Assembly: GCA_002269645.1 (NCBI GenBank)
Contig: NIVC01000214.1
Coordinates: 1-64,000, forward strand
Origin: Macrostomum lignano
Taxonomy: Eukaryota
DNA: 64,000 nucleotides
Direction of reading: 5' to 3'
Positions 49,962-62,639 of the stretch are shown here, piece by piece. Within the stretch, counting starts at the first letter, position 1; the number at the start of each line of letters is the position of its first letter. The position numbers and the translations under genes are program-made. Under the pieces are notes generated by a model. That model saw only the letters and a list, made by a program, of their open reading frames with translations. It ran no database searches and had not been told where the DNA came from.

Positions 49962-50320
49962 TCTGACATCCAGAGTGACACCTCTGACACCCAGAGTGAC
50001 ACATCTGGCACCCAGAGTGACACATCTGACACCCAGAGTGACACATCTGACACCCAGAGTGACACATCTGGCACCCAGAGTGACACATCTGACACCCAGA
50101 GTGACACCTCTGACACCCAGAGAGACACCTCTGACACCCAGAGTGACACCTCTGACACCCAGAGTGACACATCTGACACCCAGAGTGACACCTCTGACAC
50201 CCAGAGTGACACATCTGACACCCAGAGTGACACATCTGACATCCAGAGTGACACATCTGACACCCAGAGTGACACATCTGACACCCAGAGTGACACCATT
50301 GATGCCCAAAGTGACACCTG
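49962..50320. repeat. 21-bp minisatellite GACACCCAGAGTGACACATCT
   Basis: About 17 copies. Confidence 0.93.
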
Positions 50321-50369
50321 AGGCATTTCCTGTATTCTAACAAAAAACACTTTCTAATTCCATTTTCAG

Positions 50370-50404
50370 ATCGACGTTACATTGAAGGAATTGCAGGAGG
50401 CCAG
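50370..50404 (+). CDS. ASNSD1: ASNSD1 exon 6 (35 bp)
   Basis: IDVTLKELQEAR (cf. INVSMEELQKLR); TTTTCAG|..AG|GTAATT, phase 0-2. Confidence 0.85.
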
Positions 50405-50503
50405 GTAATTAGAGTTTAAAAAAAATGAAATTCCCTGATGAGGATGTGCTGGAAATAGCTCTTACATAGTTATCTATGCCTTGCCTGTGTTTTGTAATTT
50501 TAG

Positions 50504-50666
50504 AACTCAACGAATTTCTCAGCTATGCTCGCCGTGCCTCACCGTGCTGGACGACAGCCTGGGCTGTGCCGTCTGGTTCGCCGCTCGGGGAGAGGGCTTC
50601 CTGACACCTGAGCTCAACCGGCACCTGCAGCTGGCCCAGCAGGTGACCTACAGGTCGCCTTCTAAG
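50504..50666 (+). CDS. ASNSD1: ASNSD1 exon 7
   Basis: RISQLCSPCLTVLDDSLGCAVWFAARGEG..YRSPSK; TTTTAG|..AAG|GTGATT, phase 2-0. Confidence 0.92.
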
Positions 50667-50761
50667 GTGATTGAGGTGGCTGGCTTGGCGCTGGCGTGGG
50701 CTGCCACACAGGCATCATTGATGAAGAACGGAGTGGAGACGGATAAATAAGACAGATGGAG

Positions 50762-51362
50762 TGGCAGGTAGGAGGCAGGTAGGAGGCAGGTAGGAGGCAG
50801 GTAGGAGGCAGGTAGGAGGCAGGTAGGAGGCAGGTAGGAGGCAGGTAGGAGGCAGGTAGGAGGCAGGTAGGAGGCAGGTAGGAGGCAGGTAGGAGGCAGG
50901 TAGGAGGCAGGCAAGATGCAGGTAGGAGGCAGGCAGGAGGCAGGTAGGAGGCAGGCAGGATGCAGGTAGGAGGCAGGTAGGAGGCAGAAAGGAGGCAGGT
51001 AGGAGGCAGGTAGGAGGCAGGCAGGAGGCAGGTAGGAGGCAGGTAGGAGGCAGGACTGAGGCAGGTAGGAGGCAGAAAGGAGGCAGGTAGGAGGCAGGAC
51101 TGAGGCAGGTAGGAGGCAGAAAGGAGGCAGGTAGGAGGCAGAAAGGAGGCAGGTAGGAGGCAGAAAGGAGGCAGGTAGGAGGCAGAAAGGAGGCAGGTAG
51201 GAGGCAGAAAGGAGGCAGGTAGGAGGCAGAAAGGAGGCAGAAAGGAGGCAGGTAGGAGGCAGGTAGGAGGCAGAAAGGAGGCAGGTAGGAGGCAGAAAGG
51301 AGGCAGAAAGGAGGCAGGTAGGAGGCAGGACTGAGGCAGGTAGGAGGCAGGACTGAGGCAGG
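50762..51362. repeat. 12-bp purine-rich minisatellite GGAGGCAGGTAG
   Basis: About 50 copies with GGAGGCAGAAAG variants. Confidence 0.95.
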
Positions 51363-51435
51363 TAGGGAGTCTGCACTGCAGAAAGTCAGTCACGCATCGC
51401 ATCAAAGGCTGAATCTCAACCGTTAAATCGCGCAG

Positions 51436-51503
51436 GTGATTCTGTGCGGCATGGGAGCTGACGAGTTGCTGTGCGGCTACTCAAGGCATCGCTACATTTA
51501 CAG
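51436..51503 (+). CDS. ASNSD1: ASNSD1 exon 8
   Basis: VILCGMGADELLCGYSRHR motif; CGCAG|..AG|GTAGGT, phase 0-2. Confidence 0.92.
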
Positions 51504-52080
51504 GTAGGTGGGAATTCGATAAAATCGTCTTCGGTTTGGCAGTGTGAAAGGAACAGGCAGATATTTCAAAAGTGAAAAATCAAAGAAAATGTGTTTCGAA
51601 TACTCTTCTTTTCTATCTGGTTTTCCATAAGCCCCTGTCCATTTCGAGCCTGTCAGTCAAGCGGCTGCCGCTTGTGCAGCTGCCGGGGTCAGTTATTGAA
51701 AAGCGCAGCTTAGGGACTTTTTAGTCCTGGCCTGTTGCGCACCCTGCTGCTCTTTTTAAAAGAAAAATTAACTTTGCCTCAGTGCTGAAGAGTTTAAAAA
51801 GCGTGTGCTAGTGTCGCTAGTTCTTCCAAATTAATATAATAAACTTGTTCGGGTCCGCTGACGTGATGCATCTGGTGCGCAGACTTTAACTCGCATAGCT
51901 CTGTGTTATAGTAATTTTAAGTGTATTTTTATGCAGTAGAACTTAGTTTTTGTGCGGTCGCACTTTGATTAGCGTGCCGGCGAATGCGGCTGATCGAATG
52001 AGAGAAAAACTGGTTTAAAAATTTATGGGATATTTCTCTGGTGGGATGCAATTATTGTCTGTCTGTCTACCTGTCTATAT

Positions 52081-52267
<187 letters not shown>

Positions 52268-52295
52268 CGCATTTCCGGCATGGCTGCCAGCAGTC

Positions 52296-52765
52296 TTAGT
52301 CCGCCGGGGTCTCTCGATCATCCTCATCCATCTGTGCGGCCGTGAGCGCCTGGCAGTGAGTCACCAGCTCGCAGCTCTCGTCCGGTGGCCCGTTCTCCAG
52401 CCTGCCAGACCTGGCCGCGGTTGTCATCGTTGCCGAAGTCTCGCCAAATCCTCGCCGATTGTCTTCAGCTGGCGACTCGACGTCGTCAAAGTCATCGCCG
52501 GCGCCGGCAGGGTGCAGCGAGTCGTCGGGGTCGCGACTGCCGGCGAGTCTCCGAGTCGGCTCGCCGGCCAGTCCGCGCCTGCCTGGCGGCCGTCCTCCTG
52601 GCGCGCCTCCAGCGCCGCCGCCCCTGCCGATGCAGGCCTTGAGGCTGGCGCGCACGTGCTCGTTAAGCCAGCCGTACAGATAGGGATTGACGCAGGCCGA
52701 GCCGAGAGCGAATAGCCGGACAAAAAGTTCGTACAGATTCCAGGACGGCTGCACTATGGAATCGC
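52296..52765 (-). CDS. NPY/NPF-receptor-like GPCR, terminal exon (TM7 and C-tail)
   Basis: LFALGSACVNPYLYGWLNEHVR (NPxxY); acceptor CCCCACAG|GC, phase 1, matches the donor at 56454. Confidence 0.85.
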
Positions 52766-52796
52766 CTGTGGGGAGCACGGCCGAGAGGAGATGAGA

Positions 52797-53020
52797 GTTA
52801 GTCTATTAGTCTGTTAGTCTATTAGTCTGTTAGTCTATTAGTCTGTTAGTCTATTAGTCTGTTAGTCTATTAGTCTGTTAGTCTATTAGTCTGTTAGTCT
52901 ATTAGTCTGTTAGTCTATTAGTCTGTTAGTCTATTAGTCTGTTAGCCTATTAGTCTGTTAGTCTATTAGTCTGTTAGTCTATCAGTCTATTAGTTTATTA
53001 GTCTGTTAGTCTATTATTCT
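52797..53020. repeat. 16-bp minisatellite AGTCTATTAGTCTGTT
   Basis: About 13 copies. Confidence 0.93.
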
Positions 53021-53511
53021 AAGTCTGTTAGAGTGTCCTGAGTTCTATTAGGTGGATCATCTATATTGCCTTCTAGTTACAATAAATAGCTAAGATTTAT
53101 GAATGCAATATCTGATCACAGTATTGGCCATTTACATGACATGCGATCAAACGTACGATCTAGCCGAATCCGCGGGAGAATCGGGTCTGAGAGCATTATT
53201 AGATCTCATAAAAATAATTCGACTGCATTTCTCTAGCTGCCCTTGGTCCCTGTCGAATAATTGAACTGGACTACTGTACATGTATGCTAATTTTCTCTTG
53301 CCAACCAGCCATCTGTCAATAGATGGGTGTCGTTAATTAAGCTTAACACTTCTTCTCACGCCTGTCGTTATAAATTTCAAGTCTTAGATACACTTTAGAA
53401 GCAGATTCTATTGTTCTATTAGGCACAGGAGATCATGGACTAATTAGATCAGTGACATCAAACTGGGAGTGATGCAGTTAAGATTTTGTTTGGACTAAAC
53501 AGTTGTACGCA

Positions 53512-53922
53512 GTAGTCACGTGACATCTAGGCCTACACTGGCTGTACCAATTAGTCACGTGACTGCTTCTGCTATAACTGGCTGTACGCATTGATCACGT
53601 GACGAGTGGGACTACAATGGCTGTACGCATTAGGGTAGTCACGTGACTGCTGAAGCTATACTGCGTGTACGCATTAGTCATGTGACTGCTGGAGCTATAC
53701 TGGGTGTACGCATTAGTCACGTGACTGCTGAAGCTATACTGCGTGTACGCATTAGTCATGTGACTGCTGGAGCTATACTGGGTGTACGCATTAGTCACGT
53801 GACTGCTGGAGCTATACTGGGTGTACGCATTAGTCACGTGACTGCTGGAGCTATACTGGGTGTACGCATTAGTCACGTGACTGCTGGAGCTATACTGGGT
53901 GTACGCATTAGTCATGTGACTG
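53512..53922. repeat. 39-bp minisatellite AGTCACGTGACTGCTGGAGCTATACTGGGTGTACGCATT
   Basis: About 11 copies, each with GTCACGTGAC or GTCATGTGAC. Confidence 0.93.
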
Positions 53923-54286
53923 TTTGGGCTTGGGAGGGGGGCAATATAGCCGTATGTTAATTGCATAAACATGGATATTGGATAGTCAATGAATCATCCA
54001 TCCAGCAAAGCGTCTCTCTTTACATTCAAGCTCAAACTACTCTGTTAATTAATCTGCTTATTATGTCCAATCCAATCTAGCTCAGTTGTCGACTGGCTGA
54101 AGGTTTAACTCTGCGTTCTGTTTGCATTAATTCTTGCATAGTGCACCGTACGAAATCGCTGAATGCTGCTTTATTTGTTCACAGTTGGGCTAAATTCACA
54201 AGCAAATTAGTTGCTATCACGACTTCTGAATGCATATTTTACCTGGGTAGTATAGAGAATTGGTACTGAGTTATCCAAGTTTATTG

Positions 54287-55060
54287 GCTTTGAGGATGTT
54301 TATGAATCCCGCCTGATTGACTTTGAGGATGTTTATGAATCCCGCCTGATTGACTGTGAGGATGTTTATGAATCCCGCCTGATTGACTTTGAGGATGTTT
54401 ATGAATCTCGCCTGATTGACTTTGAGGATGTTTATGAATCCCGCCTGATTGACTTTGAGGATGTTTATGAATCTCGCCTGATTGACTTTGAGGATGTTTA
54501 TGAATCCCCCCTGATTGACTCTGAGGATGTTTATGAATCCCGCTTGATTGACTTTGAGGATGTTTATGAATCCTGCCCGATTGACTTTGAGGATGTTTAT
54601 GAATCCCGCCTGATTGACTTTGAGGATGTTTATGAATCCCGCCTGATTGACTTTGATGATGTTTATGAATCTCGCCTGATTGACTTTGAGGATGTTTATG
54701 AATCCCGCTTGATTGACTTTGAGGATGTTTATGAATCCCGCTTGATTGACTTTGAGGATGTTTATGAATCCCGCCTGATTGACTCTGAGGATGTTTATGA
54801 ATCCCGCCTGATTGACTCTGAGGATGTTTATGAATCCCGCCTGATTGACTCTGAGGATGTTTATGAATCCCGCCTGATTGACTCTGAGGATGTTCATGAA
54901 TCCCGCCTGACTGACTTTGAGGATGTTTATGAATCCCGCCTGATTGACTCTGAGGATGTTTATGAATCCCGCCTGATTGACTCTGAGGATGTTCATGAAT
55001 CCCGCCTGACTGACTTTGAGGATGTTTATGAATCCCGCCTGATTGACTATGAGGATGTTT
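54287..55060. repeat. 33-bp minisatellite TTTGAGGATGTTTATGAATCCCGCCTGATTGAC
   Basis: About 23 copies. Confidence 0.95.
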
Positions 55061-56453
55061 ATAAGTCGCCCATATTTTGTACTTCTAAAACTGCGTTTCT
55101 GAGACAAAACTGAAGAAAGTCAGGCTGCCAAACTTTCCCAAGCATAATTGGGAAGCGCGCAAGCAGACTGAGTCAAAAAAACTTTTTCCTCTTTTTGTCT
55201 TCATCATGCGCCTTTATGAGAATGAGTGGCATTGCATTTTTGCTCCTCCTGTGCGTTGCTTCTCCAGAAGGCAGTCATTGTAGTTTCCAGCCCTCCGGCA
55301 TGAAGGACTTGAAGCGCGGTAAAAAGTAACCAGAACTTGTTTCAACTTTTCCCGATGAAGCTGTCCCTTCCCGTGCTCCCCTGGGCCTCCTTGGTTACCT
55401 CTCTGCGCTGGAAAAAATTTCAATCTTCTCCGTAATTTGACGTCGACGACAAGGTGAAGCAATTTCGAAGCAGCCGGTGCTTCAATGAAGCGATGATTGC
55501 TTAATTGAATCGTACTTGGCTGGCTCTTATAATCTTTAATATCGTTATCCAATAACGTCCTCCAGTTGTCATACTCGGTACACACGCACATCTAGCTCGC
55601 AGTCCTATTCATATTTTTGGGTATTTCCGCCTTTTTCGCGCTTAATTAACTACAATGCGAGTTGTAGAGATAGATTTTGCAACTCGATCTAAAAACATTT
55701 TTGCAGTGCTGGCACTCCTACGATGGTGCATGCGGGGTTCCTCCCTGTGTTCCGCTGGACAGACAGTTGATTAGCGCGCGGGAGATAATCGATGCGGCGC
55801 GAGTTGGGGACTAAAGAGCTCAGCGGAGCAGGATCTGCATGGATGGAGGAAATGCCCGCGCTAATGGAGAGACAGCGGCCTTCTGCTACCAACTCTTCGT
55901 CCCTATCTTCTCGTCGTCAACAAAATTTACTACCTTAACTTAATGGCTAGCCAAAAAGCCAGTGCTCGCACTTCTGCAGCTATTGTTTAACTAATCAAAT
56001 ACTGCCTGCCTCTTCTCCATCAGCCAGACCGATCTCGCTCAGAGTTTTAGGCATTTCGCATGGGTGGCAAGGCTGCTTTAGGTCGGGTTAGTTTCGCTAC
56101 AGTGACAAACTAACAATTGCCTGCTCCCATTTTCTGTCCATCCCTCTCTGTCTGGTTCATTCCTCCATCGCCGGAGGGACTGGGGTTGGGGACGCCAGAT
56201 GCCTGCGTGCTCTCAGTCTCCTCTTCCAGTTGTAGCTCACGCAGCCGGCAGCTTCCCATCGCTATCGAGCACGTGGTATGAAGGAAATGCTCTTGTGTAT
56301 GAGTGAGAGAGAGAGATCTTGCTGGTTGACAAGGTGAAGCTCTTCAGAAAGCTTTTCTCGTCGACGAGTTCTAACAGAGAAAGTTCATGGTCTAGCTAGC
56401 TCGTATATTGTCCGCCAGAGCTATTAAACTCAACTTAAAAGTTTTCAACTCAC

Positions 56454-57418
56454 TCTTCGAGTTGAATGAGACTTGTATATTAGCGTTGATGGCGTCCCAC
56501 GGCTTGGTAGCCGAGATGCAGTCGAAGAATTCGGCCAGCTTCTCCGGACTGTTCTTGCGGTACTGCTCCACCTCGGAGATCACGTTGAAGATTGACCAGG
56601 GGCTCCAGAAGAAGGCAAAGCTGATGACTATGCTGATTAAAATTTTGTTAGTTCTTCGTTTTCGTTCGACGTCCCTTCGACGAAGTACGCGTTCGGTTAG
56701 GCGCCTGTAGATGCGGAAGTAGAGAGCTCCGGTGACGATCAGGGGCGTGCAGAACTGCAGGCAGAATGCACTGATTGTGTAGGCCAATCGGAGCTCCTTG
56801 TCCGGCCAACGCTCGGCGCATCCGTAATCCCGATTCTTGTCAACCGTGTTGAATGCTATGATTGGCGAATGGACCAGCAGTCCCAGGAACACGGTGAACA
56901 GCAGTAGGCAGCGCGCCTGTCGCTGCGTCATCCGGTCCCGGTGCGGATAACAGATAATCCGGAAGCGATCCACAGATATCCACAGAATAATCAGACAGCT
57001 GGCATAGATGGGCACGTTCAGCGATGTCAGAAAGAACTTGCAGTAGAGCGTCCGAGGCAGGCTGAGGCTCAGATAGTTTCTTGTGGTCATGTCGTGAAAC
57101 ACGAGCGCCGGCATGAGCATGCCGCAGATTAGTATGTCGCTTAGCGACAGGGCCAGCACAAAAAGGTTGGTGATGTTGGTGAAGGCCCGGTTGCGCACGA
57201 GGATCGCCGCCACTAGCAGGTTGCTGAACAGGCCAACGCAGATCAGCAGCAGGTAGAGGCTCAGCAGCACAGCCAGTACGGCGATGTTTTCGTCCGGCTT
57301 CTCGCTTGGCTGAGCCGCCTCAGTCACCGACGCTGCGTCTGTCGGTTCGGCAGGCAGAATCGGTGCCACTGGCCCGCTGTAGTTGATGTACTTCACGTAG
57401 TGTTCGATGCATTCGCCG
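56454..57418 (-). CDS. NPY/NPF-receptor-like GPCR, main exon (N-terminus to ECL3); start codon lies in an unidentified upstream exon
   Basis: GLFSNLLV, TNLFVLALSLSDILIC, ISVDRFRIICYP, CAERWP, QFCTPLIV, RKRRTNKILISIVISFAFFWSPW; donor A|GTGAGT at 56454, phase 1; candidate acceptor AAACAG| at 57419; in-frame TAA shortly upstream. Confidence 0.88.
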
Positions 57419-59229
57419 CTGTTTGAATGGAGTGGGGTACAGACTTGTTAATTTAGCAGTTTCCACCCGATTCTGTTTAGTCCGCTTGACTTCCTTTGCC
57501 AATTAATGACGGCACAATAGTTTGTGTTTGTAGTTCCGATTCGCTTGCGCAACTGACGTACCCATGATGAGGATCAATGCCTCAGAAAGCAAAAAAATTC
57601 TGCACTGCCTGATGCTGAGAGAAAGCCAGGGCCGCTGTACACCCTGTGTGAGGGCCATGCCTGTTGGACGACAGGTCTTTAAATAGCTAGCAGCAGCAGT
57701 GACTTTCTGACCGTCAGCCATGTGCATAGTTGCGCAAGCAAGCAAAAATCTACGATTTTCACTTCCGCATCTCCCTGTTTTACCTGTCGACCCGTCTAGT
57801 TCTTAAGTCTCGCTTGTCTGGTTACGTACAGGTAGGTACAGGTATCGTAATATCCCATAATTTCCTTCCAACGATCTTACATTCGCTCTAGCATATTCTT
57901 CTCGTCGGCTTTGATACACCACATGCAGTGCGCGAACAGCACGTAGGGGTGTTCGGCAGTCAGGTTCCGGTCCTCCTTCAGCGCTGGAATGGGTGGGCGC
58001 GGACAGGGCTATTTATTTGTAGGCCCCATCCCAATACACCCAGCATTGACAATCCAATTATTTCTGCTTTGAGATCTAGATTTGGTCCACCTAGCTTGTT
58101 TTCCGACATTTCAACAGTCTAAATCCAACTTAACGTGCTCGGAAGCACGTTTTTTCCAATTATTTTGGCTACTCTATAAAGCTCCTTTCGTGAAAAAAAG
58201 TACAATTCAGCGGGCGAAATGCGGAATAACATTTTGGATCCACCAATCAAACTGGCTCTTCTGCATCGGAGAGCAGCGCTAATTCTGCTGCGTTGGAGTA
58301 ACTAAGAGAAAGACTGCTGGCCTGGGAGAGAGATAGTGCGCATGAGCGCTTCGCCATGTTGATCAGCGGCTGTTCTCATCGACTTTGCTAACCTGCTCGA
58401 GGGATAAATTCAAGAGAAATGTTTAGAGATACACTGAATTCAACTTTCATTGTTGCATTGCCTTGCTGATCTTGTTTTGCTATGAAATGTCTGAGGAGGC
58501 TTGTTTTTAGTCGATACAATCAGCCGCAATAAAAACAGTGGCCAGACTCAGGCTTTTCACTTTCAGTGTCTTGTATCGATCTTGCCAATTATCGGTTCAT
58601 TAGAGACGCCGTGTAAGACAAGTAAAGGCATCGACTCCAAGCATTGAGAATCTGCAGACAAGCTTTTCCAATTCCAACTTACCGCGGAATTCTCTGCCAG
58701 TGGCGCTGCAGAATTGTCCTCGACGGCAGATCTCCCGTAGACTGTCATCGGCCAGGATTAAGCTCATCCTTGCTGTTGGTTCTGCACTGTTCTGGCTAAG
58801 TTGCTTGATGCTGTTTTGGCTACCTCTTGAGGAAACCAAGGAAAGGATGATGCAAAATAGAAGAAGCCTTTCCGTCCTCGCCTTTGCTCATTCGTTTAGC
58901 CTTGGATTGGTTGAACCTGCCTGGGAGAGGAGCTGGCCAATAATTGGACGGAGGATGGCCCTTTGCCGCCACGTTTTACCTGGTCGCGTCAGTCAGTCAT
59001 TAATTCTACAGTTAAACGTCTCGAAAGTTGTCATTCTTGCTAAGTTCTTTTCGTGAAAAATCTACTGTACAAACCGCAAAAATAAGCGTTAATATCTACA
59101 AGCTTCTAATTCGTGTAACTTCTTGACTGACACACTTCTAACTCTCGTAGAGTCGCTCCCGCCAAACAGACGTCTGATCGATTCTTGCACCGCCACGCTC
59201 ATTGCTAGAAACCGGTTCTTCCACCATCC

Positions 59230-59912
59230 CTTCTGGCAACAGACTTCAGGACTTTCGTCTCTTCTAAAATTCATTGCGGCAACAGACTTCAGGACTTTCG
59301 TCTCTTCTAAAATTCATTGCGGCAACAGACTTCAGGACTTTCGTCTCTTCTACAATACCTTGCGGCAACAGACTTCAAGACTTCCGGTTTTCCACAGTCA
59401 TTTTTGGCAACAGACTTCAAGACTTCCGGTTTTCCACAGTCCCTTTCGGCAACAGACTTCAATACGCTCGTACTTCCGGTTTACCACAGTACCTTTCGGC
59501 AACAGACTTCAATACGCTCGTACTTCCGGTTTTCCACAGTACCTTTCGGCAACAGACTTCAATACGCTCGTACTTCCGGTTTACCACAGTACCTTTCGGC
59601 AACAGACTTCAATACGCTCGTACTTCCGGTTTACCACAGTACCTTTCGGCAACAGACTTCAATACGCTCGTACTTCCGGTTTACCACAGTACCTTTCGGC
59701 AACAGACTTCAATACGCTCGTACTTCCGGTTTTCCACAGTACCTTTCGGCAACAGACTTCAATACGCTCGTACTTCCGGTTTACCACAGTACCTTTCGGC
59801 AACAGACTTCAATACGCTCGTACTTCCGGTTTTCCACAGTACCTTTCGGCAACAGACTTCAATACGCTCGTACTTCCGGTTTTCCACAGTACCTTTCGGC
59901 AACAGACTTCAA
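59230..59912. repeat. 50-bp minisatellite ACAGTACCTTTCGGCAACAGACTTCAATACGCTCGTACTTCCGGTTTTCC preceded by 43-bp related units
   Basis: About 9 copies of the 50-mer plus diverged leading copies sharing GGCAACAGACTTCA. Confidence 0.92.
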
Positions 59913-61444
59913 GATTTCCGGGTTCTTTTCATACCAGCAACCGAATTTCTCCTCACTGACAGACTTCAGATACTTCCAGCAACACATGCTGTATCTCTAT
60001 GAGCTGATGTAACTCAATAATAATATCTTACAACGTATTGTACACTTTAGTTTTAAAGTACTCAAACATTCTCTTTTAGAAAGCACGTTCGGTAAATGCC
60101 AAAGAACATTTAAGAACTTCGCTACAACCATATCTTCCTCTTGATGTTTCGCTCCTCGCCAATTTCATTCCCTTCGAATCCCCTCCACTCCAGCGTTGGC
60201 GATCCCGTGGGGTTTCCTTTTTATCCACCCCGGGGCACTTTTTCCGGTTTTTACCGATCCAATTTGGTATGCGATGTTGGTTGGAGCTGTTAATAAATTA
60301 TTTTTCTCTCTCTCTCTCCACTATCATCCCGTTTGGAGAAGACATTGGGGAAGAACGCTTTTTGATTAGACTAAATTCCAATTTTATTCACGGTGCAATG
60401 AGCCAGCGTGAGTTGCGTTGAAATGAAAAAAATAAAACAAAGTAGAAAATATTTATCTAATCTCTCGGCGCCAATTTGAATTTTCTTGTACGCGCCCGCC
60501 GGTTGCCGATCTATTAAAAAGAAATCGTTTTTCAAAGACTTGCTAATTGATCTCGCTTAGTGCCTGCTGACTACTACCAATCAGCTGTCATAGGTCAATA
60601 GAATTTGGATATGTTATAACTGTAGCTATTATTTAGTTATATCGATAAACATTGATAGCTTTTTTCACTGGTTGTTTTCCACTTTACCATTTAAGGGGTT
60701 AACTACACGTGGTAATTTTTTGCTTAACAATATTTACCTAGTTACGATCATAGAGGTAAAATATACTTTTTTGGTCAGTTTGTAAATTGCTGCCTCAGTT
60801 CAAAGTAACAGTGAGCCAGCAGAGACAAGCAGTCATGCCCGTTGAAAACGTTATCGTGACAAGAATCGCTAAAGAGTCATTACAAAAAACTCTCTAGTGA
60901 CTGTGGGGAAACTCTTGCGACTTTTTAACGACTCAAACGCGTCTATGCGATGGAGAAGCGACTGTTGCGTCACAAGCGCGTCACATCAGGTGTTGAATCG
61001 TAAAATAGTCGCGAAAGAGTCATCCAAGAATGGTTGCGTTGGCGCTTAACTTTCGCTAGAGATGACTCAAAATCATCAAGCGACAGCGACGCAAATGTGC
61101 TTCAACCACAACTCAGTGACTCTAAAGCGACTCTGGCACGCCTCAAATACGACTCTTTACGGCCCCAGAGTTGTTTCAAAGTAAAACGCTTCAAAGTCTT
61201 GAGCGACTCTTTGACGACTTTTTGGCGACTTGTACCGTGACATCTCGTCGTTTTAGAGTCGTTTAGAGTCACCTCTTTCCTATTTTATCTGTGTTACCTG
61301 CAACGACTCTGGGGCGACGCAGGTGACTCGGAGACACTTCTTGTCCTAGGTACCGTTTTCATCGCGATGCCCACTCCTCTGGCCCCTGAGCACGCACACA
61401 GATATAGGCACACAGGGTGCACAGGGGTCCTGACTTTCCAATCG

Positions 61445-62446
61445 CTAGGCATGTGCACTCTCTGTGCCTTGGGAGTTGGTGAATTGGATGACAAGCCAAA
61501 TCGCCAGGCATGTGCACTCTCTGTGCCTTGGGAGTTGGTGAATTGGATGACAAGCCAAATCGCCAGGCATGTGCACTCTCTGTGCCTTGGGAGATGGTGA
61601 ATTGGATGACAAGCCAAATCGCCAGGCATGTGCACTCTCTGTGCCTTGGGAGTTGGTGAATTGGATGACAAGCCAAATCGCCAGGCATGTGCACTCTCTG
61701 TGCCTTGGGAGATGGTGAATTGGATGACAAGCCAAATCGCCAGGCATGTGCACTCTCTGTGCCTTGGGAGTTGGTGAATTGGATGACAAGCCAAATCGCC
61801 AGGCATGTGCACTCTCTGTGCCTTGGGAGATGGTGAATTGGATGACAAGCCAAATCGCCAGGCATGTGCACTCTCTGTGCCTTGGGAGTTGGTGAATTGG
61901 ATGACAAGCCAAATCGCCAGGCATGTGCACTCTCTGTGCCTTGGGAGTTGGTGAATTGGATGACAAGCCAAATCGCCAGGCATGTGCACTCTCTGTGCCT
62001 TGGGAGTTGGTGAATTGGATGACAAGCCAAATCGCCAGGCATGTGCACTCTCTGTGCCTTGGGAGTTGGTGAATTGGATGACAAGCCAAATCGCCAGGCA
62101 TGTGCACTCTCTGTGCCTTGGGAGTTGGTGAATTGGATGACAAGCCAAATCGCCAGGCATGTGCACTCTCTGTGCCTTGGGAGTTGGTGAATTGGATGAC
62201 AAGCCAAATCGCCAGGCATGTGCACTCTCTGTGCCTTGGGAGATGGTGAATTGGATGACAAGCCAAATCGCCAGGCATGTGCACTCTCTGTGCCTTGGGA
62301 GTTGGTGAATTGGATGACAAGCCAAATCGCCAGGCATGTGCACTCTCTGTGCCTTGGGAGTTGGTGAATTGGATGACAAGCCAAATCGCCAGGCATGTGC
62401 ACTCTCTGTGCCTTGGGAGTTGGTGAATTGGATGACAAGCCAAATC
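61445..62446. repeat. 59-bp highly homogeneous minisatellite AATCGCCAGGCATGTGCACTCTCTGTGCCTTGGGAGTTGGTGAATTGGATGACAAGCCA
   Basis: About 17 copies differing only at one T/A site. Confidence 0.97.
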
Positions 62447-62639
62447 GATTTTAATAATAGTAACAATATTCCCATAAGGGCTGTGGCTGGCGCAATACCT
62501 TCGATGACATTGTTTCATACAACCAGCGCTGGGGCAATTCAGGACCTTTGATTTCTCTCTTTACCTCTACTATACACACCTCTTTGACAGTACATTTGAG
62601 TAACTTTGTGTAACCGCAGTAGCCGCTCGCCAATTCCAG

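Noticed and set aside
47051-51405. Repeat ORFs (QHGMGIS, HSTTPSPS, SDTQSDT, LLPASYLPP)
   Set aside because: All are translations of minisatellites lying between real ASNSD1 exons
54271-55113. 11-aa repeat ORFs on both strands (KVNQAGFINIL)
   Set aside because: A unit length of 33 bp makes open frames automatic; intronic satellite
58700-59056. 118-aa ORF with a hydrophobic FWLP segment resembling GPCR TM6
   Set aside because: Single hydrophobic stretch, wrong strand for the nested receptor, no other motifs
61294-62518. Three long minus-strand ORFs with a 59-aa repeat
   Set aside because: The 59-bp unit lacks TTA/CTA/TCA on plus, so all minus frames stay open; no splice context or protein motif
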